Assembly: GCA_030390025.1 (NCBI GenBank)
Contig: CM059432.1
Location: 67,148,001-67,212,000 of the forward strand
From: Squalus acanthias
Taxonomy: Eukaryota
Reading direction: 5' to 3'
Length of the DNA stretch: 64,000 nucleotides
The notes beneath the pieces are model-generated. The model was not told the origin of the DNA. It made no database searches and worked only from the letters and a program-made list of their open reading frames with translations. The first letter of the stretch is position 1; each line of letters starts with the position of its first letter. Of this stretch, positions 1 through 12,835 are shown piece by piece. The translations under genes and the position numbers were made by a program.

Positions 1-1458
1 TTTAATTGATGTGCCTGTCAAATATTTTACTATTTTGTTTTATGTTCCTTGATAATTTAATTTCATAGTTCCTCTTTGCCTTCCTAACTGTTTTGTTGAC
101 TTCTTTCCTAATCTCTTCCTATTTTCCCCTCATCATGCTCTCCCCTGATGTCCATGTACTTAGTGTATGTCTCTTTCCTAACCATCAATTTTTCCCTTAT
201 GGCTTTATTCATCCATGGTGTCTCATGAGTGTTTGGCTTGTTCTTTTTTTAAGCAGAATATATTTTTCCTGGACTCTGTTTTAAATGTTTCCCATTGCTG
301 TTCTACGTCATTGTTTGCCAATATTGTTGTCCATTTTATTTTCCCAAGTTCTGTTCTCAGCCCCTCAAAATCAGCTTTTCTCCAATCTATTACCCTGGTC
401 TTCGTCATACTTCTGCCCTTCTCAATTATTATTTTAAAGCATATATTATGGTCACTATTGCCTAGATGATCCCCTACTTTTACTTCTCTTATCTGCTCTG
501 GTTCATTCCCCATTACTAGATCCAATAGCAAATCCTCCCTTGTTGGGCTTTTTACATATTGATTAGAATGGAGTCCTATACACATTGTAGGAACTCATTC
601 CCTTATCCGCCCTATCTACTTCTCCGGTCCAATTAATATCAGGGTAGTTGAAATCCCCCATGATTATTATTTTATGTTTTTTACTCATTTCCTAATTTGA
701 TTGCATATTTCTTCCTCTACCTCCCTTCCACTATTAGGTGGCCTGTAGACTACCCTATTAGTGTGATTGATCCTTTATTATCTTTCGATGAAGGACACCA
801 TCGAAGCACAGTCACACAAAGCTTTTCCTCACAAACACATATTCCAAGTTATGAGAATTACTTTTCAAAGTTCAGGCTGCCCAACTGCTGCCCACGAAAC
901 TCTTACGCCTGGTAGGGCCTGCTTTCACCAGCGCAAGGGTCAATATAAAGCTAAAATTAAAAATAAAAAATGCACAAACACTTAAAATTCAATTATGCAA
1001 ATTTTGGCCCCAATTAAAATGTTTAAAATTATTTTTCAAAACATTACATTTTTATTGTATTTGATGTATTGAAAGGGACTTTCAATTAAAGTTGAAAATG
1101 AGAACATTTCGTTTTATTGCAGTTATCTGAATTGTTTAATTATTTCGGGATTCCATTTGGGTTTATGGAGATTCAGTTCGTAAATGGAATCCTCCTTTCT
1201 CATTGGAGGACCTGGCCCACGTAATCCCAGGGATGCTTCCGAACTGCCTGCGTTCCTGGGATCCATGGGCCTTTACACAGGCATACGCCTGGAGGCCCAG
1301 GACCTGAACTCTTCGTAGCTTTGGAGCCAGTAAGTTGGTAGATGTTTTGCGGGTTGGAGGCGTACTCCGGAGGTACGCCTCCGACCGCAAATTCAGGGCC
1401 GTTTATTCGGTTTCTCTCTCTACAGATGCTGCCCGACCTGCTGAGTATTTCCAGCATT
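1..1458 (-). mobile_element. Chimeric CR1 copy 1: CR1 ORF2 endonuclease region + spacer + MITE half + PLE pLTR fragment (continues beyond window start)
   Basis: ORF 223..585 has APE motifs (LLDLVMGN, LGNSDHN); colinear with 38590-40253. Confidence 0.85.
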
Positions 1459-1677
1459 GGATTGATGTTAATTGGGTCAAGTTATTTGCCTCATCTCCCT
1501 GATGCTTCTTTCAGTTCGTTAGAACAGTAGAAGACGTTATTCTTCGAGCCACTTCTGTGGTTCATTTCATCGGTACTGATATCAACTATCCTGACTAATA
1601 ATCCATTTCAGCAGTAAGAACTTCTGCGATCTTCCCTGGGCATGTCAATAAAGCATGCAGTTGTTTGAGATGGGAAA

Positions 1678-2060
1678 AAGAACTTGCATTTATGTAGCAC
1701 GTTATCATGTCTTCACAGCCAAAGAAGTGCTTTTGAAGTGTAGTCACTTATGTAGGTAAATGCAGCATCCCATTTGTACATAAAAAGTCAGACAGCAAAT
1801 AAGACAAATGATTAGCTTCGGTTTATGATGGTATTAGTTGAGGAAGAAATGTTGGCCAGGACACTGGAAGAAAATAGTGCTATAAGATCTTCTATGTCCA
1901 CTCAAACAGACAAGTGAGGCCTTGGTTTAACATCTTAGCTTAAAGATGGTTTCTCCAACAATGCATCATTCCTTCAGTACTAAATTACGTCTTTGGAGTG
2001 GAGCTTAAACCCACAACCGCCAGACTTGGAGGCGAGAGTAGTACCAACAGAGCCAAGCTG
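1678..2060 (-). mobile_element. Deu-domain SINE (SacSINE1/AmnSINE-like), old
   Basis: tRNA-like head at the right end, Deu-like core, L2-type tail (acttgcatttatgtagcac); family recognised from recall. Confidence 0.65.
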
Positions 2061-2690
2061 GCATATTGGAACATAAAAAGAATGGAGCATAGTAGTCAGA
2101 AATATAAGGTCATCCTTTGGTTAACGCAAATTGAGAGAACCTGACAATAAGAAGTTATGCCATTAAATTGTGAACTCACAAGAAGTTGAACTCAGCTGTT
2201 TAAAAATATGACAGAACATGTATCATACTCTCAGGACAAGTTAATGGATTAATTACAAAAACTCTTGCCAGTGAAACAATGCAATTCCAACAATTACTGA
2301 CAGCACAGTCAATTGAAATGGGCTGGAAAGGGAAAAGTCACAGAAAGGGAGAAGTCATTTAAAGTACAATTATCTCAGATTTCCCAGCTGCAGAGTTAGG
2401 TATAGAGGATAAACAGTATCAAGTTGGATGCTAGGCGCATACAAAATGTAGTGATTGCAAACATTTTTGACATTAACAGATCACATACAATTAGAAAAGC
2501 ACTATAACTAGTAGCGATTTTGTTAAATGGCTTAACAGCATTAAAATAAGACATTTTCTGCAAATTGATTAACCAGTCCACAAGAAACAATTAAACCCTT
2601 CAGTGATAACTAAACATTTTATGAGCAGCAATAAAACTAACACTGCCATTTCATGTAATCATACTTAAGTTTGAAAGAAAGCTAAACTTA

Positions 2691-3150
2691 CTAGAGTGAT
2701 ACCAGAACTGAGAGGTTATACCTATCAGGAAAGATTGGACAGGCTGGGGCTCTTTTCTCTCGAAAAGAGAAGACGAAGGGGGTGACCTGATGGAGGTCTT
2801 TAAGATTATGAAATGGTTCGATAGGGTAGATGTAGAGAAGAGGTTTCTACTTGCAGGCAAGACTAGAACTAGGGGCCATAAATATAAGATAGTCACCAAT
2901 AAATTTAATAGGGAATTGAGGAGAAACCTCTTTACCCAAAGAGTGGTTAGAATGTGGAACTCGCTACCACAAGTAGTTGAGGCGAATGGCATAGATGTAT
3001 TTAAGGGGAAGCTAAATACACGAGGAAGAAAGGAATAGAAGGATATGTTGATGGGGTTAGATGAAGGGTATGAGGCGGCTCGTGTGGAGCACAAACACCA
3101 GCATGGACCTGTAGGGCCAAAGAGCCTGTTTCTGTGCTGTAAATACTTTG
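2691..3150 (+). mobile_element. CR1 LINE 3' fragment
   Basis: ORF 2790..3038 EVFKIMK...TRGHKYKI...FTQRVVRMWNSLP, typical CR1 ORF2 C-terminus. Confidence 0.9.
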
Positions 3151-3713
3151 TAATTGTAATACTTTGTAAAGGTTGCTTTACTCTGCATCCAGCTGACCTA
3201 GTACCCTTTGAGGCAGACACTGGATGCCTCAAATGGAAAGCTCCATTCCTTTGCAGTGATGAGCACTTTAGATGGATGTAGCTGCTAAGAGTACACTTGC
3301 TTATTACTCAGGACCTATGCAAGTGAACAGTCTTTAAAAATTCCTATATTAACTAAAACTTAAGCTGCTAAAAACCAGCAAGTATTCTACTGACAATTTA
3401 GAATGTCAGGTTGCAGATTATGTGGAAAGTAACAGCATTACACAACTACTGAACCTGTAAGAATACTCAACCACAGTGGAACTTTCCAGCACATGGTTGA
3501 GCCTTGCATTAAATTGGGAGGAGACAATTTGCGAGATAAACTGATTTTGCCGTTAATGGACATAAATACATTTATGCACTGAAAAAGAGACAAATATTTG
3601 AACAAAGGTTAAAAATAAATTTGCTACTATTGTTAGTATGTAAACCATTTTCTGCCATGGCTAAAGGCTACCTTATTTAAAAATAAATCCTACCACTTAA
3701 TATGAAAAATTAC

Positions 3714-3840
3714 CTTTTGCTCAGTCAGTAAGTCTGTGATAGTCTGGGACATTTCATCCAAACTCTGAGCTGCTTTGACCAGATTACGAAGAATTTGAAT
3801 ATGCTGGTGTAATGGCTCAAAGTCACACAGTGTAGGAACC
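3714..3840 (-). CDS. RB1CC1: RB1CC1 coding exon (~exon 14), 127 nt
   Basis: tgaaag|G VPTLCDFEPLHQHIQILRNLVKAAQSLDEMSQTITDLLTEQK|GTAATT. Confidence 0.96.
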
Positions 3841-6800
3841 CTTTCAGGAAAATGAATCAGAAACAGAAAATTAGCTCAAACATTAACTGAATTTTCCTCA
3901 TGCTGGAACTAGGTTCATTACAACAGCCAACCCTTTAAACAGGAAATAGATTTCACAGTTTTTTTTTTAAACGACTTAAAAAAAAAATTACAAGTCTTGG
4001 CTTACTCTCCTCCCCTTGCCAAGAAGAAAAATTCAAGACATATTTGTGGAAACCATTTAGAAAACACTGAAAATGGTGTCAGTAGACACAAACTTATTGT
4101 AAGCTCTTCTAAGACTTAAAAAAATAGGCTTCCAGTGGCCTGATGACATACCAACATACTGCATAAATGTATTAAGAAATGGATCGTACTTGCAATTTCT
4201 ATATGGTGACTCTCCAAAGTCACTTTTGCTACAAAGAAACACCAAGTGGAGGCAATTCACTTCCCCAGAGGGAGGAAGGCAACTAAATGTGGGAAAAATG
4301 AGTCAACCTATCTTTTATGTATCTCCATGCAATTGGTGGCACGGCAAGGGCAGCAAAAAAAACAGGAGCAAGTTGTTGGCCTACTAACCCCTCGATTGAT
4401 AAATGGTGGATGAGATAAAATGATACATAAAGAAAAAAGCTGGAAGCATTTTTTTTTTTTTAAATTACTCACCTTTACAAGAAGTAGTCCTCACTTTAGG
4501 AATCAAGTTATCCTCAACATACCAGGGCTAAGGTCAGCATAATAGCAATGGAAAAATAAAAACAAAACTCTAAGACTTTCAGCCAGAACTGCATGACATT
4601 TATATAAAATATAAATCATGTCCCTGTGTGGTCATCTTTACATCTTTTCATCCAGAGGTGGCGAGATAACAAAAAATACCCCCACCCATTAACAGAAAGC
4701 TTTGATAACATTTGAAACAATTAAATGTTAACTGTTCAGAATGACTATCTGAAAGGTTAACCTAATCAACATTTTATAAATTATGTCTCAAAGACTTCTC
4801 GATTTAGGTGTATTAAATTATAGGTGTATGAAACTGTAGGTGCAGAAAATATAAAACCCTAAACTGTAAAGGAGTGAAAGATGGAAAATTTGGTATGTGG
4901 TTAACTTCATTTGAAGAATGAGAAATACGGCACCTCAAGGTGAGTAAATCTACCTTTCTTCATTTGTTATCCTCCACATACCACAAAGTAGAACTTGCAA
5001 AGTACTATCTTGTTAGCAGCAAAAACTTGTTTATAATGATCAGTAGTCACTGAAACAGCTCGATGCAGGTAAATCCAGGTGATGCCTCCTGAATGTAGGG
5101 ATCACTCAATGTGGCTGTATTTCAAAGGATATCTAGCACAATCGTTAAGATATTCTACCTAGTGGCTCCTGCTCATGTGGAGTGAATAGCCCTTCATTTT
5201 GTTCTGCTACTATGTCAGCTGGTTGCCATTCAAGATACAACCAACTGGTGAGCTATTTTTTGGTCACAGATTTATCCTCAGTTTTGTTTCCATAGGTTAT
5301 CAATATCAAGGGAGGTTAATCTGGATAACCTAAATTCTATATGCATTACAACTGAAAACTCCTGGCATCCACATGGTAGAAATTGCATTCCATTTCACAT
5401 TTATATAGATGTTAGAAAGATAGTGCCACAATATGGTGGGATTCTAAGGCCCTGGGCAAGAATTTGATATAGTCCCCAACCTGCTGTTTTAATGCCATAG
5501 CTGATTGGCCACTCAGACTTGTAGTTTATTTATCCATTTCGATGATATTCATGTCATTAAGACACAAGTTCTTCACATCTGAAATTTCAGACGATAAACA
5601 AGTCATCACCCGAAGTCCAACTGGGACAGCAAGCCAATATTCTGGTTCAATCTTCTAATGTCCAAGATTGGTCTTATGCTCTTATTCTGCTGGGAGACTT
5701 AAAAAATTACAAGAATAAAACCTGCTTGTTAAGCTGTGAGGCAGTATCTCTACAGCTTGCAAACATGCCTGACGTTAATAAGGTGCCTATGGTTGGCGAT
5801 AGGACACAATGTTGCTGCATCAAAAGTATTTTCCATATATATTTCCATATATCAAGATACAGGTTCACACCCACAAGTTTCATGCCTTAATCTCAGGAAA
5901 TGACACCAGAGATAAGGCATTTTCCTATTTGAAGGGGGAAGAGGCGAAAGAGAAAAGTAGCCTTTTAACCCGACAACTTCCAAATTGCCTGCCTACCATC
6001 TAATGTGTGAAAATGGTGAAAGGCTAAGGTGACAAACACGAAGAGTGGATCGATTATTACAAATGGAGAAAAGGGGCGAGAGAAAAACACAAATATCATC
6101 TTAAGGGAGAAAAAATAATCAAAATACTTGTCTCTTTGGAGCCACCAATTCAGAACATTCTCCATCTTCACTCAAGAGGTGGACACTGAAACTAGCACTG
6201 TGTGCCATTCAGTAAACACTTAATACAGCCGATATAAAAGGGGAGAAAAGGAATCACTAGTTATAGGCCTAGAGTCTAATGCACTTAACACTAGCTTTAT
6301 TGTCCTCAGTAACAGGTGAAAAAGACGAGAGTAGAAATTTGGTATTCTGGCAAGACAACATTGAACATTCCTCAACAACTCCTTTCCTTTCAGAGATGGA
6401 GCAGTATCCAACGTGAGCTCACAGTAGGGTCAACAAAGAGCACAATGCATCAAGTTTGTCAAATGAAGGGGAAACAAGCTTGTAGTTGACAAAACCAAAA
6501 ATGAATTGGCTTGTTGACCCATTTATCTTTTGTTTGTTCCTAAAAATTCTGTTCTTAAAAAGATTGCTGCATTTAAATCTGCAGCAAGGATCAATACCAG
6601 CATCTAAAATGCACTAGATGATTTAGCATTGAATCGAAGGAGGGAATTTTCACTTGGCACTCAATTATTTTTTTCATTATTCACATTTTATTAATTCTTG
6701 CATGCATCAAGGTGAGGAATGAGAGTACTGCGGCTTGCAGCATCTATCCACTTTGGTATTCAGTAGCAGGGTCAAGCACTAATCAGGATGTCAAGATCAG

Positions 6801-6874
6801 GATGTCTTCTACTTTGACAATCATATACTTCAACCCCAATTTCAGAAGAATGTCCGTGTCATTATGTGTATTAA

Positions 6875-7030
6875 GATGTTTGTGGGAGCTTGCTGTGCGC
6901 AAATTGGCAGCCGCGTTTCCTACATTACAACAGTGACTACACTTCAAAAAGTACTTCATTGGCTGTAAAGCGCTTTGGGACATCCGTTGGTTGTGAAAGG
7001 CACTATATAAATGCAAGTCTTTCTTTTTTC
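6875..7030 (+). mobile_element. Deu-SINE 3' part with L2-type tail
   Basis: ...gtaaagcgctttgggacatcc...ggcactatataaatgcaagtctttc. Confidence 0.7.
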
Positions 7031-7087
7031 TTTGTCACATTTTGGGATTTTATGACCAATTTTCCACAAAGGATTGGCAAATGAGAT

Positions 7088-7290
7088 ACCCCTCCCTCAT
7101 TTCCCAGCCCCTAAACTTGCTTTAAAATCTGTTCCATTTCCTGCTTTTTTCCAGTTCTGACGAAAGGTCTTCGACCTGAAACGTTAACTCTGTTTCTCTC
7201 TCCATGGATGCTGCCTGGCCTGCTGAGTTTTTCCAGCGTTTTCTGTTGTTATTTCGGATTTCCAGCATCCGCAGTATTTTGCTATTGTAT
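7088..7290 (+). mobile_element. Solo pLTR of Penelope-like family A
   Basis: Same sequence as at 11310-11482, 50840-51036 and 60530-60720 (minus); contains a hammerhead core. Confidence 0.8.
7153..7189 (+). ncRNA. Minimal hammerhead ribozyme, family A
   Basis: AGTT-CTGACGA-A-AGGTC-ttc-GACCT-GAAA-CG-TT-AACT: stem I AGTT/AACT, stem II AGGTC/GACCT, palindromic ACGT in place of stem III. Confidence 0.8.
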
Positions 7291-10200
7291 TAGTGCGAAA
7301 AGCCAGATGAGGCAAATATACTTTTCTAGTTCCTTTTTCTTAAGGATTTTGTGATACAATTTACTGAAAAGATATACTATGGACTAGATTTTCCAACCAA
7401 GAATTATAAATGGGTGGAAATTCTAGCATCATCTGAACACACATATTAAAGCCAACTACAAAAAAGTCTTGCAATTAAAGATAACTTTGATACATACATC
7501 CAGCATGGATCTAATTTTCATTCCAATATTATTCCAACTCCAAAAAAGTTCACTTTAATAAAGCATTGAGACAACATGGTCTCTCCCTAAAAAGGGAATA
7601 CAAAGGATAAGAGGACCCAGTACTATTCAGAGGAAACATTATAAATCACACTGATGTAGACAACAGTTAATATTGAGGATTATAGAATATTTGTAGAATA
7701 TGTGAAGGGCAAGTTAGATGGTTCTGGCTGAAGAAAGTCTTAAAAGGACAAATTTCCCCAGAATGCTGATTTTACCTATGGTATGTGGAGGATAATAGAA
7801 AAAAAGATAGCACTACATCAAGTATAAATATAAAATACAGTTGTGTACCATTCTAAACTGTGTATTTGGAAGTGCTACGCACCGTGCTATTTTATTGTAT
7901 GGCACAGATAATAGGTTACCTACCTTTGGTATGGTTTTCCTCGTTGTTGAAAAATATTTCATTAACATAAATTATGAAAGTCATGGAACACTGATTCTTC
8001 TCCCCGTTCAGTAGCTACACCATGTCACATGAAATTCCCTAAATTAATGTACCCAACATGAACTTGTTCTCAATTTATCCCTCAGTTCATTGACAGAGGT
8101 TGTAGCAGCACAGAGTAAGCTCATATCGCAATGCAAAAAATATACACACACAATATATATATATATTTAAATTACTTAAAAGTTTTCCTCATTCTTTGAT
8201 GCAATCCAATCTCCACATACACAGTCAGAATGTTTTAATCCATCCATTAGAGGGAAGGAAACTTGGGCTCCCCCCCCCCCCCCCCCCCCAATCTGAATGA
8301 GCCCCTTAAGTCCATTCCCCATTCAGGTCCATATCTAAACAAGTTCTGGAATATCTGCTATTTCAATTGAATGGAAATTAAGGAGGCAAAACAAGAACCA
8401 ACTTTGTATGTGGAGTTTACACAGCACAAGGATGAGGAAGACTGGTCCTCCAGTAGGTAATACAAGATTCTTCAACTGCTAGTCTCTACGTGCAACTATG
8501 AATACGACAATAAGCAAGTGCAGAGGCAGGAAAAGGAGGAGGGGAGGAAAGAACAAAAGGGACGGCCTGTGATTGGGTGGAAGCCAGGAGAGATAAATAA
8601 CAAAAGGTATGATTGTATAAGACAAAAGGAAATGGTAATGGGACAAGTAAAGAAACAAAAGATGGGTCTAGAAGAGGTGTAAATGGGAATAGCCGTCCAA
8701 AGAAATATGGGCAGAGGTTATGATCTGAAATTATTGAACTCAATGTTGAGTCCAGAAGGCTTATCGATATCGATATCGCCAAGATATTCAGTGATCCTCG
8801 AACCATGACCCCACTACTGAACATCAAGCTATCATTTCCAAGACTGTCACTGACCTCATCTCCTCTGGAGATCTTCCCTCCACGACCTCCAACCTCATAG
8901 TTCCCCAACCCCGCACAGCTTCTACCTCCTTTCAGCCAGTTCTTGCCCCACGGAGCTGATTTCTTCCTATCGTGACTCTTTCTTTTTCTCCCCTTGGCCA
9001 TTCTCTTACCACCGATACCACCTGTATCCGTGACTCTTCCGACACCTTCCGCCACTTTAACAGTTTCCAGTTTCCTGGCCCTAACCGTCTCCTTTTCACC
9101 ATGCACGTCCAATCCCTCTACTCCTCCATCCCCAACCAGGACAGCCGGAGGGCGCTCTGCTTCTTCCTTGAACAGAGGCCAACCAGTCCCCATCCACCAC
9201 CACCCTCCTCCGCCTGGTTGAACTTGTTCTCACATTGCACAACTTCTCCTTTGACTCCACTCACTTCCTCCAAATAAAAAAGGAGGAAACGGTCCCTTCG
9301 GAATGCTGAAAGGGGAGGGAAAGATGTGTTTGGAGGTGGGATCACGCTGGAGGTGCCGGAAATGGCGGAGGATGATCCGCTGAATGTCGAGGCTAGTGGG
9401 GTGGAAGGTGAGGACAAGGGGAACTCTATCGTGGTTCTGGGAGGGAGGGGAAGGGGGTGAGAGCAGAAGTGCGGGAAATGGAATGGACACAGTTGAGGGG
9501 CCTATCAACCACGGTGGAGGGGACTCCTCGGTTGAGGAAAAATGAAAGACATATTGGAAGCACTAGTATGGAAGGTGGCATTGTCAGAACAGATGCAACA
9601 GAGACAGAGAAACTGGGAGAATGGAATCGAGGCCTTACAGGAAGCAGGGTGGGAGGAAGTGTAGTCCAGGTAGCTGTGGGAGTCAGTGGGCTTATAGTGG
9701 ATGTTGGTCGATAGCCTATCCCCAGAATGGAGACAGAAAAGTCGAGGAAGGGAAGGGAAGAGTTCGAGATGGAGGCGAGGGAAGGGTCAGTTGGAAGCAA
9801 AGTGAATGAAATTTTCTAGTTCAAGGTGAGAGCAGGAAACTGCACCGATACAGTCATCAATCTACCGGAAAAAAAGATGAGGGAGGGGACCCGAGTAGTA
9901 CTGGAACAAAGAATGTTCCACATATCCCATGAACTGGCAGGCATAGCTAGGATCCATGTGGGTTCCCATAGCAACACCTTTTATTTGGAGGAAGTGAGTG
10001 GAGCCAAAGGGAAAAGTAGTTCAATGTGAGAACATCCTGGTGGGGGGATGGAGGTGTAGAGGGATTGGACGTGCGTGGTGAAAAGGAGACAGTTAGGTCC
10101 AGGAAACTAGAAATTGTTAAAGTGGTGGAGAGAGACTGGACAAGGAGATAAAAGAGTCGAGATAGGAAGAAATCAGTTCCGTGGGGCGAGAACCAGCTGA

Positions 10201-10806
10201 AACGATGGGTCTACCAGGGCAGTCCTGTTTGTGGATCTTGGGAAGGATGTAGAAGCAGGCTTTGTGGGGTTGGAGGACAATGATGTTGGAGGCCGTGGAG
10301 GGGAGAGCAGAGACAGTCGACGTCACACCAGCAGTTCGCAATGAAAAGAACTAGAGAGGGTAAGAGGCCTGGGGAAGGGGTCCAGGTAGAACGAGAATTC
10401 TGAAAACAGGAGAAATGGTTGGTTGTGCAGGGGTAAACTCCTGGCCAAACAAGTGGGCATGGAGGTGAAGGTGACGGAACAAAAAGCTTGGCATTGTGCA
10501 GAGCTCGAAATTCATTGAGGAGGGGCTGTAGCTCGGGCCTTTGCAGAGGACTGTTCGTTCGGGGTCAGAGAGGGGAAGGTCGGGGGGGGGGGGGGGGGGA
10601 TAGTGAAAACACGGCAGGGGTGAGACTAGAAGAACGGATGGGGTCAGATGAAAGTGAAGGGGGAAGAAGGTTCCGGGGAGGGGCGTTGGTATCCAAGAGG
10701 TGTTGAAGCTTGCGATCCTTGACACCTGAAAAGGGGGGGGGGGATTTTTTGTTAAAGCGCTGGATGAGGCAAAGGATGAACTGGAACTGCAGACCTGGAC
10801 AGCTTT

Positions 10807-10953
10807 GAGAGAGAGAGAGACAGACAGAGAGAGAGACAGACAGAGAGAGACAGACAGAGAGAGAGAGACAGAGAGAGAGAGACAGAGAGAGAGAGACAGA
10901 GAAGAGAGAGAGAGACAGAGAGAGACAGAGAGAGAGAGAGAGAGACAGAGAGA
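10807..10953. repeat. (GA)n/(GACA) microsatellite
   Basis: Direct reading. Confidence 0.95.
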
Positions 10954-11347
10954 GTTGGTGCTGCTGGAGAGGTGTCGAGACCGTGCACGTGGCGTTGAGC
11001 GTCAATCTCAGGATGCGGCGAGAGCAGTGGTTCGAGGAACGCTGAATATCTTGGGAGATATCTGTAAGCCTTCTGGACTCAACTTTGAGTGCAACAATTT
11101 CAGATCATAACCTCAGCCCCCATTTTATTGGACGGCAGGTGTTATTGATTCTGCCATTCCCATTTACACCTCTTCTAGACCCATCTTTTGTTTCTTTACT
11201 TGTTCCATTACCATCTCCTTTTGCCTTGTACAATCATACCTTTTGTCATTTAATCTCCCTAGGCTTCCACCCTATAATAGACCTTCCCTTTTGTTCTTTC
11301 CCCGTCTCTGCACTTGCTTAAAACCTGTTATATCTCTAACCTTTTCC

Positions 11348-11384
11348 AGTTCTGATGAAAGGTCATCGCCCTGAAACGTTAACT
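11348..11384 (+). ncRNA. Minimal hammerhead ribozyme, family A (one stem II mismatch)
   Basis: AGTT-CTGATGA-A-AGGTC-atc-GCCCT-GAAA-CGTT-AACT, downstream of the PLE ORF stop. Confidence 0.7.
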
Positions 11385-12549
11385 CTGTTTCTCTCTCCAC
11401 AGATGTTGACTGACCTGGTGAGTATGTCCAACATTATCTGTTTTTATTTCAGATTTCCAGCATCAGCAGTATTTTGCTTTTGTATGAAAATAACAAAGCT
11501 GTTTAAGAAAACTGGATGTGGCTTTCTAATGATGTGACATCATCCCTAAATCAGAAAGGTGTGGCAAACACTTCATGCATGGACATCTTAAGCATCACTA
11601 CTGCCAAAGATGGCACTGATGATAGTAGGGGTGCTAGCCTGACAAACCAAGCCTGTAGATGTAGGGCTGTCATTGCTGTCACTCAAGTTATTTGGACAGA
11701 TCAGCCATCTATCTGGGGAGAATTGTGATGGATTGTCAATATAAGCCTAAATGAATCAGTAGCCAATTTCAGGATTAAGGGTTCATCATAGGGCAACTTA
11801 CTTCTGCACCTGTAAAGGGATGGATACTGTATGTTGCTGACCGATGCAAAAAAAACTTCCAAAAGTATCAATAACGGTATTGATCAGAACCACATTGCTG
11901 ATTATTTCCAATGTGTGAAAAACTGCTTTTCAGGGCCAAAGTCTGTACTTGTGAGGATAACCCTTCTGTAATATCAGTCAATAACCTACCTGCTTTAGTC
12001 ACATGGTTTAGATGACTTAATATTGAACCTCCTGATAAAATCTTATTTTTACAAGTTTTGCGAGTGAAGTTGGACGAGGTAATTCCAGTCCTTAAGGAAA
12101 CCTCCTCTTCAGGACACGTAACCTGAAGTTACAAGAGTGCTTCCTTAATGCCTAGAGAAATTGTTGTTGGATATTTTTCTCATCAAGATAGCCTTCCTTT
12201 TAATGAGACCACATCAAGCTCCCTTACAGAACTTGGAACAAGTTTTGCATTTTTGAATGTCATGCAACAGATACGGTTAGCATCTGTCACCGCAAAGTTT
12301 TCATTGCATTTGATGTTATGCATCAACTCCAGCTGTCAACATGAACTAGCGACCAAATTCCAGGTCAATTGGTAACAAACCAACAGTCTGATAGGCCAAC
12401 GCACACAGTGAACATGAGCAGACTACAGAAGACTTCATAACTTGTACAAGTCCACAGGTAAATAACTTCCAAAATAAATTCTAATACTGATATAAATCAC
12501 AGCTGATGCAATTTCTAACCAGAATCAATGCTAATGATGAGAGAAAATT

Positions 12550-12835
12550 GTATGTTCATGCCAAAGGACTTGCGCAAATAATCTAGGGCAATCAACAGTC
12601 CAGTACGGAGGAAGTGCTGCACAGTCAAAAGATCATGAACCAAGTCTCTAGTGGTTTAGTTGGACACAAGATCCACAGTACAATTTAAAAAGTGAGAGGT
12701 TCTAGCAGTGTCTTGACAATAATCATCCCTCAACCAATACCACCAAAAACAGGAGAACTAATTATTCATCTCACTGCTGTTGTGACTTCTTGCTGTGCAC
12801 AAAATGGTTGCCACATTCACTTATATAACTGTCAC
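12550..12835 (+). mobile_element. Highly diverged Deu-SINE
   Basis: cagtacggaggaagtgctgcacagtc...catctcactgctgttgtg...gctgtgcacaaaatggttgcc. Confidence 0.5.

Larger units (their letters stand above)
4462..7806 (-). mobile_element. Decayed DIRS1-like tyrosine-recombinase retrotransposon
   Basis: ITRs at 7780-7795 and 4508-4523; internal complementary region at 4937-4982 matching both ends; YR remnant HST*AGAT...DI..TAT...TFRRHHLD at ~5070-5190. Confidence 0.75.
8512..11482. mobile_element. Rearranged Penelope-like element (family A) with inverted ends
   Basis: PLE RT motifs on both strands ([42 protein letters not shown]); ORF end PSGLNxExNNFRS*; 8512-8762 is the inverse of 11066-11320. Confidence 0.85.

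Noticed and set aside
10565..11110. SL- and RE-repeat ORFs
   Set aside because: Microsatellite translations inside a decayed Penelope element.
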